From NCBI GenBank assembly GCA_964016885.1, contig OZ024765.1, positions 13,330,001-13,394,000 of the forward strand: 64,000 nucleotides of DNA, written 5' to 3'. Made by a program: the position numbers and the translations under genes. Source of the stretch: Eledone cirrhosa. Lineage: Eukaryota. The notes below the pieces were generated by a model that was not told the origin of the DNA, did not search any database, and saw nothing but the letters and a program-made list of their open reading frames with translations. The stretch's first letter is position 1. The number at the start of each line of letters is the position of its first letter. Below are positions 12,386 through 26,766 of the stretch, in pieces.

Positions 12386-13382
12386 AGCACTACCACTTTA
12401 CAGTGTAGGCTGAGTATTTTATCATAGCACCACTTTACAATGTGGACTGGGTGTAGTTTATTGTGACACCAGCACTACCACATTACAGAGTGTACTGGGT
12501 GTATTTTATTGAGACCAGCACTCCCATCTTCCATCGTGGTACCATTACTAACACACTTGCATCCTTTGTCTGACTGGGAGAGCTGTGGTAGGGCATGGCA
12601 CGAGGGGTGTTGAGAGTGGGGTTTGGCCTGTGTTTCTGGAGGGAGGATAGACTAAGATTTTGTTATGGATACGTGCCTGTGGAATGCTCAGACACTAACA
12701 CAACACACACGCACTTTCATTACCTGTACAGACAATATTTATTAGAATGCTGCTGAAGTATGTGTACATTTTTGGGGACACATCAGACACTAGTAAAACG
12801 AAACATTTTAATAAGGGGACGAAAAGCGAATAGGGACCTTTATTTTATTTCATTTTTTTGTAATACGATAGCATTTTATTTAATTTATCTTAAAATAAAC
12901 CCAAACAATAGATTGGAATGAAAGAATAGAAAAAAAATCCCAAAATTACAGCCATTAGATTTTAATATGAAGACATGAAGAAAGCCCTATAGATATTTCA
13001 TTTATAGAATATATAAACCCTATATAATAATTAGGGAACACGAGAAAAAGGGGGGATATAGTTTAGCAGTTGCAAGCATTTTTTCAAGAAACGACGCAAT
13101 TTCTGTGTCTCTAAGGAAATCCATATTGTATTGTGTATCATTGCTTTGTAGTAAAATGGAGACAGAAAAATGGACAACTGGCAGACGATACATATACACA
13201 GAATATAATAAATATAATGAATGATGAAGTCTTTTTTGCCAGCATTTGTTTTTAATACATGTATTACATATATATATATATATACATTTATTTTACTGGT
13301 TTCAGTCATCTGACGGCGGCCATGCTGGAGTACAGCTTTACATCCACATACATACATAGATATATATATACACACACACACA

Positions 13383-13479
13383 CAGGGCGTCCCAAAAAAC
13401 GTATACACACTTCAGCAGCATGATAATAATATTGCCTGTACAGGTAATCAAAGTGTGTATACATTTTTGGGGACACCGG
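13383..13479. mobile_element. short Tc1/mariner-type MITE; family also near 17312-17394, 17418-17504, 19895-19962, 21665-21737, 21870-21943, 27664-27740, 51097-51171
   Basis: About 30-bp TIRs of consensus CAGGGTGTCCCAAAAATGTATACACACTT in TA/CA microsatellite context. Confidence 0.75.
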
Positions 13480-13614
13480 GTGTGTGTACATCTATATACA
13501 TACAGATTTTCCAATATATATTAGTTAAATACCTAGTCCAAAGCTTTATTTCTTTCATGAACAAACCCCCCAAAAAACGACGCAGGAGATTACATGCATA
13601 TTATCATTTTTCCT

Positions 13615-13730
13615 AATTGCCTTTCATCCTTACGGAGTTGATAAAATAAAGTACCAGTAACACACTGGTCGATTTAATCGACTTTCCCCGCCACCAAAAT
13701 TGCTGGCCTTGTGCCTAAATCAGAAACCAT
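13615..13730 (+). mobile_element. Nin-type SINE fragment
   Basis: GCCTTTCATCCTTACGGAGTTGATAAAATAAAGTACCAG...AGAAACC. Confidence 0.75.
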
Positions 13731-14531
13731 TATCCCTAATTAAATTAAAAACATGACAGCTATCAATATGGGATAGACATGCATGGTATTAGGGTTTCTA
13801 TAAAACCGTTTATTATATGATAAGGGCTACTAAAATTTTGGGCTTCTTTTCTTTAGCAGCTGAGGTTATATTTCAAGGGTTGCTTTGAGATAGGGAGAGA
13901 GAGACACACACATGTATAAGACAAACATATACATATGTATGATACACACACACACACACGTATAAGCCAGAAACATACATACACACATGTGTAAGGCATA
14001 CAGAAATGAAACGTACACACACACACATGTATAGAAGATAGAAACATAACTGAGAAACACATAAATATATATATGATAGAAACACACACACATATGTATG
14101 TGTATATATAGATATATATGTGTGTGTGTGTGTGTGTGAGAAATGGCTGCTGTCTATCAGAGATAGAATAGGAGATGGTGAGGAAGGGGTGAAAGAGATA
14201 CAAGACAAAAATGGCCATGGCCCCTACTTATCACAACAACGACTATGACGGCGTGGCTGCTGCAATATAGTTTTTTAAGGGGTGAGAAAGAGGAAAGACA
14301 GGGACGACAGTTATGTTTTTTCAGCCTGTTCATCACTAAAACAGACTATTTAAAAAATATATATAGAAATAAAAAAGCCCATAAAATAATGGAAGTCTTT
14401 TTTTTTAGTGATGGGAGTGGTGGAATAAAATATTTCTCTAATTCTAATTCATTGTAAATTTGTTGTATTTGTTTAAAGACATTAAGAAGTTTAATGAAAC
14501 AAGTACTTTATGGCTGGCTTGTTTAATAATA

Positions 14532-14844
14532 CAGTTAACCCTCAGTATTCGCAAGGGGATTACATTCCTAGATCACCCGCGAAGAGTGGAGAACCGCGAA
14601 TATTGGACGTGGGCCATTAAAATGCCTATAAACGTCAAAATATAATAAAATAAAAATAGGGAGCGTCTTATGCGAAGGGGCCGGCAAATACGGTATATTA
14701 ATAATTTAGCATTAAAAAATATACTACGAAAAAAGCCATTAAAAAAAAATCGCAGAAAATATGTACGATTCCGCGAATATGCAGTGATTTCCACGAATTA
14801 ATTAAGTGTCTAAGGAAAATTCCGCGAATACCGGGGGTACACTA
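14532..14844. mobile_element. pogo/Tigger-like MITE
   Basis: TA-CAGTTAACCCTCAGTATTCGC ... GCGAATACCGGGGGTACACT termini; homologous to 16354-16642. Confidence 0.75.
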
Positions 14845-16095
14845 TTAACATTAGTATTATTTATTAGTATTAGTTACTCCAAAATGGAAAATATGACGCC
14901 CATTATGGCGCTGTGCTATAGACTTTTACATACAATATCTCCATTGTATTGTATTTATTGTGGATGGCAGCAAATATATATAGAAAAAAATTGAGTCTGA
15001 CGAGTCAGATGAATAAATAAATATTCTAACAATGTTTTATTTAATGTCGTCAGTCTCACAAGTCATTTCAAGCAAACTGTCAAAAGAAAAAAAATAACGG
15101 TTCTTTTATTTGAAAAATGTAGAGTAGTAATTCTAGATGTAAACCCTATAAAAACATGGCAGGAAAAAGAAAGCCCCATAGAAAGAAGAGGGGGGTAGCT
15201 TTGTGTGAAATAAAATGAAAGGGGGATAAAATATATGTATATGTATATATAATATATACAAAATGTCATCGACTAACTATGAAATTAAGTTACAGTATTT
15301 CATGTGCCCCATTTTAAGCTATTTTCTTCTTCCCCATTTATAAAATATGTACATGAAAAGAGTTAAAAAATCATGTTATGTCTGTCTCTTTCTCTCTCCC
15401 TCCTCAATTTCGCAAAAATCCGCCATGTCAGGTCTTTAAAAACTTAAGTCAGATCTAATTCATTTATTATTAATTTATTAATTAAAAAACATTTGACACA
15501 TCTTTAAAATTTCATAGATTAAATGGAAAAAGTTTAAAGAATTAAATCAGATAAATTATTCATTCCACTAAAGTTTAAACTTTTTTTCTTCCCCTTTGTT
15601 CATTGAGACAAAAGTAAAAATACTTTTTTTATATATATATATATATATATAAAATGGACTAATACTTTTAAACAGACGATGAATGAATAAATATATTTAT
15701 TTATTATAAAGTGGAGGAAAACAGCCAAGTGGGATAAACGGGGCAGCAAGTAAAAATGACTGCGAGAAAAGAGCGGCAGTGAGTTAAGAGAGACCGGCCG
15801 GTTGAGTGTAGCTGGGATGCTGCTGTGACGGCCATGTTGGTAAAAGAAAGCTGGCTAAGATGATGGCGAACAAGGCTAGAAACTAGATTTTCAAACATCA
15901 ACGACCACGACAGCGACGACAGTCGGTGTATAAAAGTAGTAGTAATAAATAATAAATAATGGATGATAAATGATAAATAATAAATGACAGCAGAGGAGAG
16001 TGAGAGAGAAGAAATAGCTAAATATATTTAAGAATTTAATTAACATTAAACGACAGCCATAGCTTTCTATGTTCAAATAAATATATATGTATGTA

Positions 16096-16278
16096 TGAGG
16101 GTAAGATTAGGCTGAAAAGTTCATAAGTTCACTATGAGGAGTGATGCTAGAGCTGTGAAATCTTACATGTATTAAATACAATTCTTAACTGCATTTTATT
16201 TTCAGGGACTTAAAAAATAAACCTCATTTGGTCATTCCATGAGTTTGGTCAGCCTATGAATTTTTCAGCTAACCCTTG
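16096..16278. mobile_element. mariner-type MITE
   Basis: Imperfect TIRs TGAGGGT...GCTGAAAAGTTCATA / TATGAATTTTTCAGCTAACCCTTG with TA flanks. Confidence 0.6.
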
Positions 16279-16353
16279 TATATATATAATCATATATTTA
16301 TGGATTTAATATATATGAAACAACAGTCATGGCTTCTATGTTCAAATAGTATA

Positions 16354-16642
16354 CAGCTGTCCCCCGGTATTCGCGGGATCACGCACCTAGAGAACCCGCG
16401 AATATTGGACGTGGTCCATAAAAATGCATATAAACGTCAAAACATAACGCAAAATATAGGCCGGCAAATACGGTATATTGTTAATAATTTAGCGTTAAAA
16501 AGCATGAAAAATATAAATATTGTCCCGAAAAGACATTAAAAATCGCAGAAGATATTTATTTAAGATCCCGCGAATATGCGGTGGTTTCCACGGACAGTTA
16601 TTAGATTCTAGGGAAAATTCCGCGAATGCCGGGAGTACACTG
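16354..16642. mobile_element. pogo/Tigger-like MITE
   Basis: TA-CAGCTGTCCCCCGGTATTCGCG ... CGCGAATGCCGGGAGTACACTG-TA. Confidence 0.78.
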
Positions 16643-17059
16643 TATATATATGTACATGTATGTGTGTGTGTGTATATATATATATACACGCACACACACA
16701 CACACATATATATAATATATAATCCTAGTAATTTAAATGAAAGAAAACGAATAAAAAAAAACCCCGACAAGATGACATCAGACTATAGCAAGCTTCATTT
16801 GTATTATAATTTTCTATGCTTGAAAATTTGGAATACTGTTTGGAGAAGAGAAAGAATTCTTCTCCAAACAGTAAATTAAAATAAAATTGTTTCCATCTCA
16901 TATGACATATCTTATGACTAAACTGTCATCGAATAATTTTCAAGATATATCGAATTTATATGAGGAAACTGATGAAGCAATGGAGATGTAGATACGGGTA
17001 GGGTAGATGAAGAAAAAAAAGGATGGGCTTAGCTGATAAATATCTTTTAGAATATAATA

Positions 17060-17103
<44 letters not shown>

Positions 17104-18188
17104 CAGTTTAAGACTGTCTCTGTATCTCTTATCTAGTATTCTAATTATATATCGTATATTCATTATAAATTTATGTTAGCTTAAAGCAAGTTGCTTCAAC
17201 GCAGTTTTTTTTTTTACTCCGCGTTGAAGCAGCTTGCTTTAAAGGAAACATGCAAAATTTATATATTTATGTAACTATGTTCTATAAGATGACACACTAC
17301 TATATATATATATAGGGTGTCCCAAAAGATGTATACACGCTTCAACATCATTCTAATAAATATGTATATCTATATACATTTGAGGGACATCCTGTCTCTC
17401 TCTCTATACACACACACAGAGGGTGTCTCAAAGAAATGCATACACTGATTACAATGCTGTTGAAGTGTGTATACATTTGGGGGAGGGGGGGGGGGGGCAC
17501 CTTGTATATTCTATAAGATAACACTACATGTGTGTGTGTATACACATATATATACACTGTTATACTTTGGTAGGGTATGACAAATCTCAATTTTATTCAG
17601 AATTACAACAAAAATTAGGTGTTAAATGGTCTCTAATATTTCTTTAAATCTTAGTTGAGGATTTGTATGTATATATATATACATACAAATCCTGACAATT
17701 TACTACAACTATATATATAATATATAGTTGTAGTAAACTGTCAGTGAGAGATAAGGATATATATTCATTTATTATCCATTATAGACATGGGTGATGAGGA
17801 GAGAAGCTAGACAGATGTGTATGGATGGATGTGTACGGTGTATGACGTGTGTAAGTGTACGATGTATGTGTTTGTGCAATGAGTATGTGTAACTGCGATG
17901 TATTTATGTATGATGAGTATGTGTATGTATGCATGCGATAAGTATGTATGTGTGTGAGTACGATGAAAATGTATGCGGTGTATAGATATGTGTGTGTATG
18001 TACGTGGTGATTGAATGTATGTAGTGTATGTATGAAAGTATGCGAGTACGTGATGGATGATGTAGGTATGTGATGTACGTATGTATGTGTGAGTGCGGTG
18101 TATGTATGAATGTGTGTGGTGTATGGATGTGAGTACGTGATGTTTAAGTAATGGTTGTATGTAAATGTGGTGTTCGTACGTGTGTATG

Positions 18189-18228
<40 letters not shown>

Positions 18229-19972
18229 CATGTATAACTTATAATTAATTATAATTTAGATTAATACTGCTACTGTTAGATGTGAGATTAGCTGACAACG
18301 GGATGATAAAAATACTCAATATATTAGAGAGAGTGAGACTGGATGAGAAAGAGAGAGACCCGGTGAGAGAGGGAGACATACACTCAAAGAAAAAGAAAGA
18401 GACCGAGTGAGAGAGAGAGAGACTGGGTGAGAGATAGAAACACACACTCAAAGAAAAAGAGAGAGAGACCGGCTGACAAAGAGAGACCGAGTGAGAGAGA
18501 GAAAGACTGGGTGAGAAATAGGGAAGGAGTAGGGGAGAGAAGAGAGGGTGGTAACTGATGATAGAGACAGAGTGAGAGAGAGAATAAGAGAGAGACAAAG
18601 TCTTAAGAGGGAGATAGTGGTAACAGACAAAGTCTAAGAGGAGGGAGAGAGAGAGACAGCAACCGTGAGAGAGAAAGAGAGAATTAGAGATAGAGACAAA
18701 CAGAGAAAGAGACAGAAACTGTAAGAGTGAGAGAGAAAGAGACAGAAACTGTAAGAGGGGGGAGAGAACTGATGAAAAGAGATACTGAAATTCCTTTCGT
18801 TCTTGGAATTTTGTCCCCTGCAGGGTGGGGTCTTGAAGAATTCCTGCCTAGGGAAGTTTCTGGGCTGTTAACACAATATTACAGGGTATTCAGTTACACC
18901 CTATATACTGTTAGTATGTAGAGTAACTATATACACCCTACATATTATATACAGGCTATGTAGAGTAACTATACACACCCTTCTAGCGTGTAGATGTTGA
19001 ATATAGACCCTATATACTATATACAGCGTGTGTAGAGTAACTATACACACCCTATATATTCTATACAGTCTATGGAGAGTAACTATATACACCCTTTTAT
19101 ATAGTATAGTGTAGATGAAGAATATACACCCTATATACCATATACAGTCTATATATATTCTTAGCATGTACAGCAACCATCTATACACACCCTTCTTTGT
19201 AGTACACAGCGTGTAGATGTATATACACCTTATATACCATATACAGCCTATATATTCTTAGCATGTACAGCATCTATACACACCCTTTGTAGTATACAGT
19301 GTGTAGATGTATATACACCCTACCCTATGTAGAGAGCATCTATATACACCCTTCTATATAGTAAACCCTATGTACTGTTAGCATGTAGATGAATATACAT
19401 CCTATGTAATACATACAGCGTATAATGGAGGCATATATACCCAGTCTACAGCATACAGTGGATAGATGAAACTTATACACCCTGTGTGCTTTATACAGCG
19501 TATAGATGAATCATATACACCCTCTATACAATATACAGCGTATAGCTGAAGAATATACAGTGTATATATATATATATATATGAAGAATTTACACTATATA
19601 GAGAGTGTGTATGAATAATATACACCCTACACATGAAGCATACATACATTTAACTACAAATAGTGTATATAATGAACGATCCACCTCCGATGTATATATA
19701 CATGTATGCCCGACACACCCTATAATACACATAGCACGAGCTATATACACCATCTATATACATAACGTATGTGAATCGACACGCCCTGTATCCCCCCCCC
19801 CCCCACCTCACACACTATATACCCCCCACTACATACATGTATATATACACACACACACTCTCCAAATACATAGATGTATGCACACTTTAAATAGAGGGTG
19901 TCCCACAAAAATATATACACTTCAACAGTATTCTAATATGTGCATACAATTTTGGGGAACACATATATATAT

Positions 19973-20014
<42 letters not shown>

Positions 20015-21373
20015 CCCACCAAATACATAGTTGTATGTACACTATAGAATATATATACACCCCCACCAAATGCATACATGTAATGTATATATACACTCAC
20101 AAACCATATACATGTAATATATATATATATATCCCACCCCCACCCACCCAATACACATGTATATACCCTCACCCAATACATGTACATACTATACACCCAC
20201 CCTCCACACATTCAAAGACCGGGTAGTGTAGTGTGTTGAATTCTTGAGCAAGACATTCCACTTCAGATTCCTCCACCACGACACACAGCTGTGGGTAGCA
20301 ACAGCAGCGGGGAAGTTAATGCAGATGGACTAGCGGCCTGTCCAGGGGGAAGTCTTGTAATCTCACTCCCTTAACAGCAGTAAAACCTAGATATGACCCG
20401 GTTTGGGACAAACTTTAACCATTCTCTTAATATAGGCCCCTAAATTAACAAAGGTGCCCCAATCACGACCATCCAGTGTAGATGGTATAGGGTATGATTT
20501 GGGGGTAGATTTGGCTGCTATTTCTAGCAGATCGACTAACGATCACGTGAAGGCTGTCTTAGAATAATGAGTATATATAACAGGAAAGAGTGTATAATGT
20601 ATAAAATTGTTATTTAAACTCTCTCAAAGAGGCTGGTTGAAGATGTAGGCATCTGTCCATGTTTTAGAGATTATATTACATATATACATACATCCGTACA
20701 TGTATCATAAACACAGCTATATGTATATACATATACACACCGGCTTCTGAATACATCTATAGGGTGTCCTACAATCGCACCATGTGTAAATATACATATA
20801 TACATGCATATATACAAAGCAGGGTATATATATATATAGAAAAGCTTCTACAGGACTAGAACTGTTTCATTCGTGAGAAATCATCACATACATACATGCA
20901 TATATTACAAAGCGGGTACATATATATACACATGCATATATACAAAGCAGGGTATGTGTGTGTGTGTGTGTATGTATATATATACATATATTACAAAGCT
21001 AGGTACATATATATATGTACACATGCATACATACAAAGCATGGTATATATTATATATATACATACATACATACATACATACACACACATGCATATATACA
21101 AAGCAGGGTATATATAGAGAGAGATCAAATGACAATATTTAAAAAAAAACGTTATCTTAAATTAAAATACATATCCCATCTATATTTCATATTTTTGATC
21201 ACCCAATAAAAAAAAAAATGTTTGTAAACCAAAAATGAAGAGAATTAAATTAAAATGAAATATTTAATTAGTAATTATTATATAGAAGCCGATTATGGTT
21301 CCATCTATAGAGAATCTGAAATAATTTACTGGAAAACATATATACATGTGCGCGTATATATACACACACACAC

Positions 21374-21428
<55 letters not shown>

Positions 21429-21791
21429 CGCGCCCATGTGAGCGTATGTATGTGTATATTATATATACAAACACATATATATATATATATATACACATAC
21501 GCACGCATATATTTATACACATACAAAAACACACATATATACATACGCACACATGTATATACATTGTCAAAAAATTGTATTTAAAATATAAATCAAAGCG
21601 GAAAAAAAATTATAATAGATTTAAATTGTTTTCTTGAATATACATACAGGCATATATATACATATAGTGTCCTCCAAAAATGTATACATACTGATTAGGC
21701 TGTTATGGAGTGCATACACTTTTGGGGAACACCCGGTGTAAATGTATATATGATACATCAGATCTTAATTAAATATAGAAAAAGACCTTGT

Positions 21792-21822
21792 CTCTTACCT
21801 GTGTGAGAGAAAGAAAAAATAT
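21792..21822 (-). other. candidate recursive splice site (AG|GT)
   Basis: Minus strand TTTTTTCTTTCTCTCACACAG|GTAAGAG. Confidence 0.4.
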
Positions 21823-21829
21823 TGCTGTA

Positions 21830-21864
<35 letters not shown>

Positions 21865-21954
21865 GTATATAGGGTGTGCCACAAAATTGTATACTTTGAT
21901 TACAATGCTGTTGATGTATGTATACATTTTTGGAGAAACCCTGTATATAGGTAC

Positions 21955-21984
<30 letters not shown>

Positions 21985-21989
<5 letters not shown>

Positions 21990-22825
21990 TAATATATATA
22001 CACACATACATAATATATATATATACACACATACATAATATATATATATACACACACATACATAATATATATATATACACACACATACATAATATATATA
22101 TATACACACACATACATAATATATATATATACACACACATACATAATATATATATATACACACATACATAATATATATATATACACACACATACATAATA
22201 TATATATATACACACACATACATAATATATATATATACACACACATACATAATATATATATATACACACACATACATAATATATATATATACACACACAT
22301 ACATAATATATATATATACACATACATACATAATATATATATATACACATACATACATAATATATATATATACACATACATACATAATATATATATATAC
22401 ACATACATAATATATATACACATACATAATATATATATATACACATACATAATATATATACACATACATAATATATATACACACATAATATATACACATA
22501 CATAATATATATATATATACACATACATAATATATATATATACACATACATAATATATACACATACATAATATATATATATATACACATACATAATATAT
22601 ATATATATACACATACATAATATATATATATACACACATACATAATATATATATATATACACATACATAATATATATATATATACACATACATAATATAT
22701 ATACACACACATACATAATATATATATATACACACATACATAATATATATATATATACACACATACATAATATATATATATACACACATACATTATATAT
22801 ATATATATATATATACACACACATA

Positions 22826-22858
<33 letters not shown>

Positions 22859-22935
22859 TACATAATATATATATACACACATACATAATATATATATACA
22901 CACACACATACATAATATATATATACACACATACA
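21985..22935. repeat. compound (TA)/(CA) minisatellite, ~24-26 bp unit
   Basis: CACACACATACATAATATATATATATA-type units. Confidence 0.95.
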
Positions 22936-22997
22936 TGCATATATTAGTCACATTAATTAATTAAATATAAAATGGAAAAAAAAAATAGAGACAAAAT

Positions 22998-23028
22998 TTC
23001 TTACCTGTCTGATAAAGAAAGAAAAATA
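22998..23028 (-). other. candidate recursive splice site or 4-nt microexon
   Basis: Minus strand TTTTTCTTTCTTTATCAG-ACAG|GTAAGAA. Confidence 0.4.
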
Positions 23029-23234
23029 TATAGCTATATATGATATCTATATATGATATATAATATATAATATATAGGGGAAAGGATGGGGAAAATATAG
23101 CCTAAGTTAATATACTCCAGTCATCAAAAAAAAATATCTTTGGAAGAGTAAAAATTTTCTTTTTTCTCAGTTGTGAACAGAAAGCTTGCAAATGCCTAGA
23201 TTGTCACAGACTCGCACTGTCTACACTTAATTAC

Positions 23235-24090
23235 TCTCTCACTCTAACCCTAACTCACTCACTCTCTATATATATATATCTATATCTGCCTCTTTCTCTC
23301 ACTCACTATATGTAAATCTATGTATGTCTCTCACTCTAACCCCTCTCTCTGTATATATATCTGTCTATCTGCCTCTTTTTCTCACTCTCTATATGTGAAT
23401 CTATGTATGTCTCTCACTCTAACCCCCCTCTCTGTATATATATCTGTCTATCTGCCTCTTTCTCTCACTCTCTATATGTGAATCTATGTATGTCTCTCAC
23501 TCTAACCCCTCTCTATATATATATCTGTCTATCTGTCTCTTTTTCTCACTCTCTATATGTGAATCTATGTATGTCTCTCACTCTAACCCCTCTCTCTATA
23601 TATCTGTCTCTTTCTTTATCACTCTATATGTGTATGTCTCTCTCACTCTAACTGTTTCTCTCTCACTCTCTGTCTATATATATATATATATGTATCTGTC
23701 TCTTTCTCTCTCAGTTTAACTCCCTCTCTATATTATCTGTGTATCTCTCTCTATATATATATTATCTATGTATCTGTCTCACTCAAACTCCCTCTCTCTA
23801 TATATATGTCTCTTTCTCTCTCACTCTAACTCCCTCTCTATATATATCTGTATATCCGTCTCTTTCTCTCTCTAAATATATATCTATCTCTTTCTCTCTC
23901 ACTCCCTCTCTATATATATGTGTATATCCGTCTCTTTCTCTCTCTAAATATCTATCTATCTCTTTCTCTTTCACTCTAACTCCCTCTCTATATATATCTG
24001 TATATCCGTCTCTTTCTCTCTCTAAATATATATCTACCTCTTTCTCTCTCACTCTAACTCACTCTCTCTCTATATATATCTGTCTTTCTC
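23235..24090 (+). repeat. diverged CT-rich ~80-bp tandem repeats
   Basis: Recurrent CTCTCACTCTAACCCCTCTCT...GTGAATCTATGTATGT. Confidence 0.85.
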
Positions 24091-24381
24091 TCTCACTCTC
24101 TTTTATTTTTACTGTCCCTTTCTCTCTACATCGCCATCACTTTCACATTCACACCCTATCTGTCTATCTATCTTAGTATCTCTCTCTTTGTATTTGTCCC
24201 CTTCTTTTGTGCCCCTGTGGCTAATAAAGAAACATATCTATCTTAGTATCTCTCTCTATATATTTATATCTCTCTTTACACACACACACACACACACATA
24301 ATATATATACATATATATATACTCAAATATTATTACCCTTGAAATGCGTATAATAAAATAAATATGGTTTTATAAAGATAA

Positions 24382-24482
24382 TCCCGCCGAGGTTAACTTT
24401 GCCTTTCATCCTTACGGGGTCGATAAATTGAAGTACCAGTAATGTACTGGGTGATTGCTGGCCTTGTGCCAAAAGTAGAAAC

Positions 24483-24486
<4 letters not shown>
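24382..24486 (+). mobile_element. Nin-type SINE fragment
   Basis: CCCGCCGAGGTTAACTTTGCCTTTCATCC...GTAGAAACAATT. Confidence 0.78.
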
Positions 24487-24536
<50 letters not shown>

Positions 24537-25117
24537 CCCACTCTTCATCTATATATATATATTTATAAATTAATAAAAATAATGAATAAAAACAAAGAAA
24601 CAGTTCCTTATATTAAAAAATTCATCATTTTACGATCGTTTCTAGGATATATATGTTTATGTTGGTATGTATATCATATAGAGCTATGTAAAATTTTTAC
24701 AAACTATTATTTTGGTAGATTTATCTACATATATATATTTATATATTTATATATATATATATATATATATCTTTACACATACACACACAAACACATATAA
24801 TATATATACATATATATATATTTAAATATTAGTACCCTTGAAATACGTATAATAAAATAATTATGGTTTTATAAAGATATTATCCATTTATTAATATTAT
24901 ACATATCTATACTTTTTAATCTATCCATCTATATATCTATATCTTTAACTCTCTCTCTGTCTGTCTATCTCTCTCTCTATATATAGGAAAATGTATGACT
25001 CCGACGGCAGAGCTCAAGCCGTTTCGACGGCTATTTTCTCCCACTCACCCTCTCACTTTAACCCTTACACCTCTATCCAATATATATATATTAATTATAT
25101 ATATATATATATATATA

Positions 25118-25367
25118 TAACAAAGGAATTGTGGTAAGGAACCAGATGGACCATAACGCACCAGAGTACTCAATACTTAGGGTAGTAGAGTGGGTAATAG
25201 GAAAAAGTATGACCCCGACGGCAGAGCTCAAGCCGTTTCGACGGCTATTTCTTGAGCTCTGCCGTCGGGGGGTCATACTTTTTCCTATTACCCACTCTAC
25301 TACCCTAAGTATTGAGTACTCTGGTGCGTTATGGTCCATCTGGTTCCTTACCACAATTCCTTCGTTA
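25118..25367. mobile_element. fold-back palindromic insert (family A) carrying the hammerhead 3' half
   Basis: About 115-bp arms and an 18-nt spacer (25233-25250), flanked by TA; fragment also at 24984-25037. Confidence 0.75.
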
Positions 25368-25390
25368 TATATGCGTGTGTGTGTCTGTGT

Positions 25391-25468
<78 letters not shown>

Positions 25469-26730
25469 ATCTCTATCTATCGATCTCACTGTCATCATCA
25501 CATTTTATCTTACTTTATCACTTTTAATCTATCTATATCTCTTTATCCTTCTTTTGTTTCCTCTTCCTCTTTCACTTTTAATATCTCTCTCTCTCTCTCT
25601 CTCTCTCTCTTAATATCTCTTTATTATGCTCTCCCTCTACCAATTTCTCTACTACTTTCTCTCCCTCTCTGTTAGTATCTCTATACTTTCTCTCTTTTAC
25701 TCTCTCCCTGTTAGTATCTCTCTATGCTTTCTCTCTCTCTCTAATATCTATCTCTGTTGCCGGTTCTTCCCATCCTCCTACTAACACCCCATTCTATATC
25801 TATCTATAATTATATTACTCGCTCCCCCACTCAATTTACTTATCTTTCTCTATTTTTCCTCATCCCTCGACCCCATCTCTATCTATCTATTTCGCACCCC
25901 TTTCTCTCTTAGTATCTCTCTCTCATCCCCTTCCTTCTCTCTCTATCTATATTCTTGCCATCTTATCTCTGTCTATCTGTCTCCTTCCCTATCTCTCTCT
26001 TTCTCTCTTTATGTATCTCTGTATCTTTCCCAGCTTTCTCAACAATCTTTCTCTCTCTTTATATATATATATATATATCTCCCCAACTATCTGACCCTTT
26101 TCCTTCACATCACCTCTTTTCTCTCTTCTTCTATCTCTAATTGCATATATCTCTCTTTCCCTTCTTCTCATCACCCCTTGTTCTCTCTTCCCGTACCTGT
26201 CTCTTTCTCTCTATTTACGTATCTCCTTCTCTTTCACCCTAGTTTCTCATTTCTCTTCCTCAATCTCCATCCCTTCCTTTCTCATCACCCTTTTCCCTCT
26301 TCCTTTATCTCTATCCCTTTCCCCCCTCCTTTCTCATCACCCTTTTTCTCTCTTCCTCAATCTCTATCCCTTTCCCCCCACCACTCTATCATCTGACTCA
26401 CTCTTAAGCTATCTCCCTCTCTATTCACCCCCTACCTTTCTAATGGTTTTCACATCATACACGCTCTTTGTTTCTTCTTTCTTTCTTTTTTTAATCCCTT
26501 CCGTCTGACTCTTTCTCTCACTCTCTCTCTATTATAATTACCTTCTCTCTAATATATGCCTTCACTCTCCTACTTCCTCATCTCTTTCTGCCTTTTTCCC
26601 CCATTATACCCCTCTCTCATTTCTCTCTATGTCTCTTTCCTTATCTTTTCACTTCCCCATTACTATATCTTTCATTTTCCCTCTGCTTGCTACTCTTTTC
26701 ACACGCTCTTTCCTTCTCTACACGCACATG

Positions 26731-26766
<36 letters not shown>

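Noticed and set aside
14990-15058. Facing CTGACGA half-cores as a hammerhead
   Set aside because: There is no correctly placed GAAA or stem III; only a short inverted repeat is present.
23100-23230. C/D-box snoRNA upstream of the AG|GT site
   Set aside because: On the minus strand CTGA precedes TGATGA, which is the wrong order, and there is no terminal stem.
25091-25613. Mirror-image ORFs MVRNQMDHNAPEYS recurring in family A
   Set aside because: They are produced by the palindrome plus flanking microsatellites and show no protein-like features.
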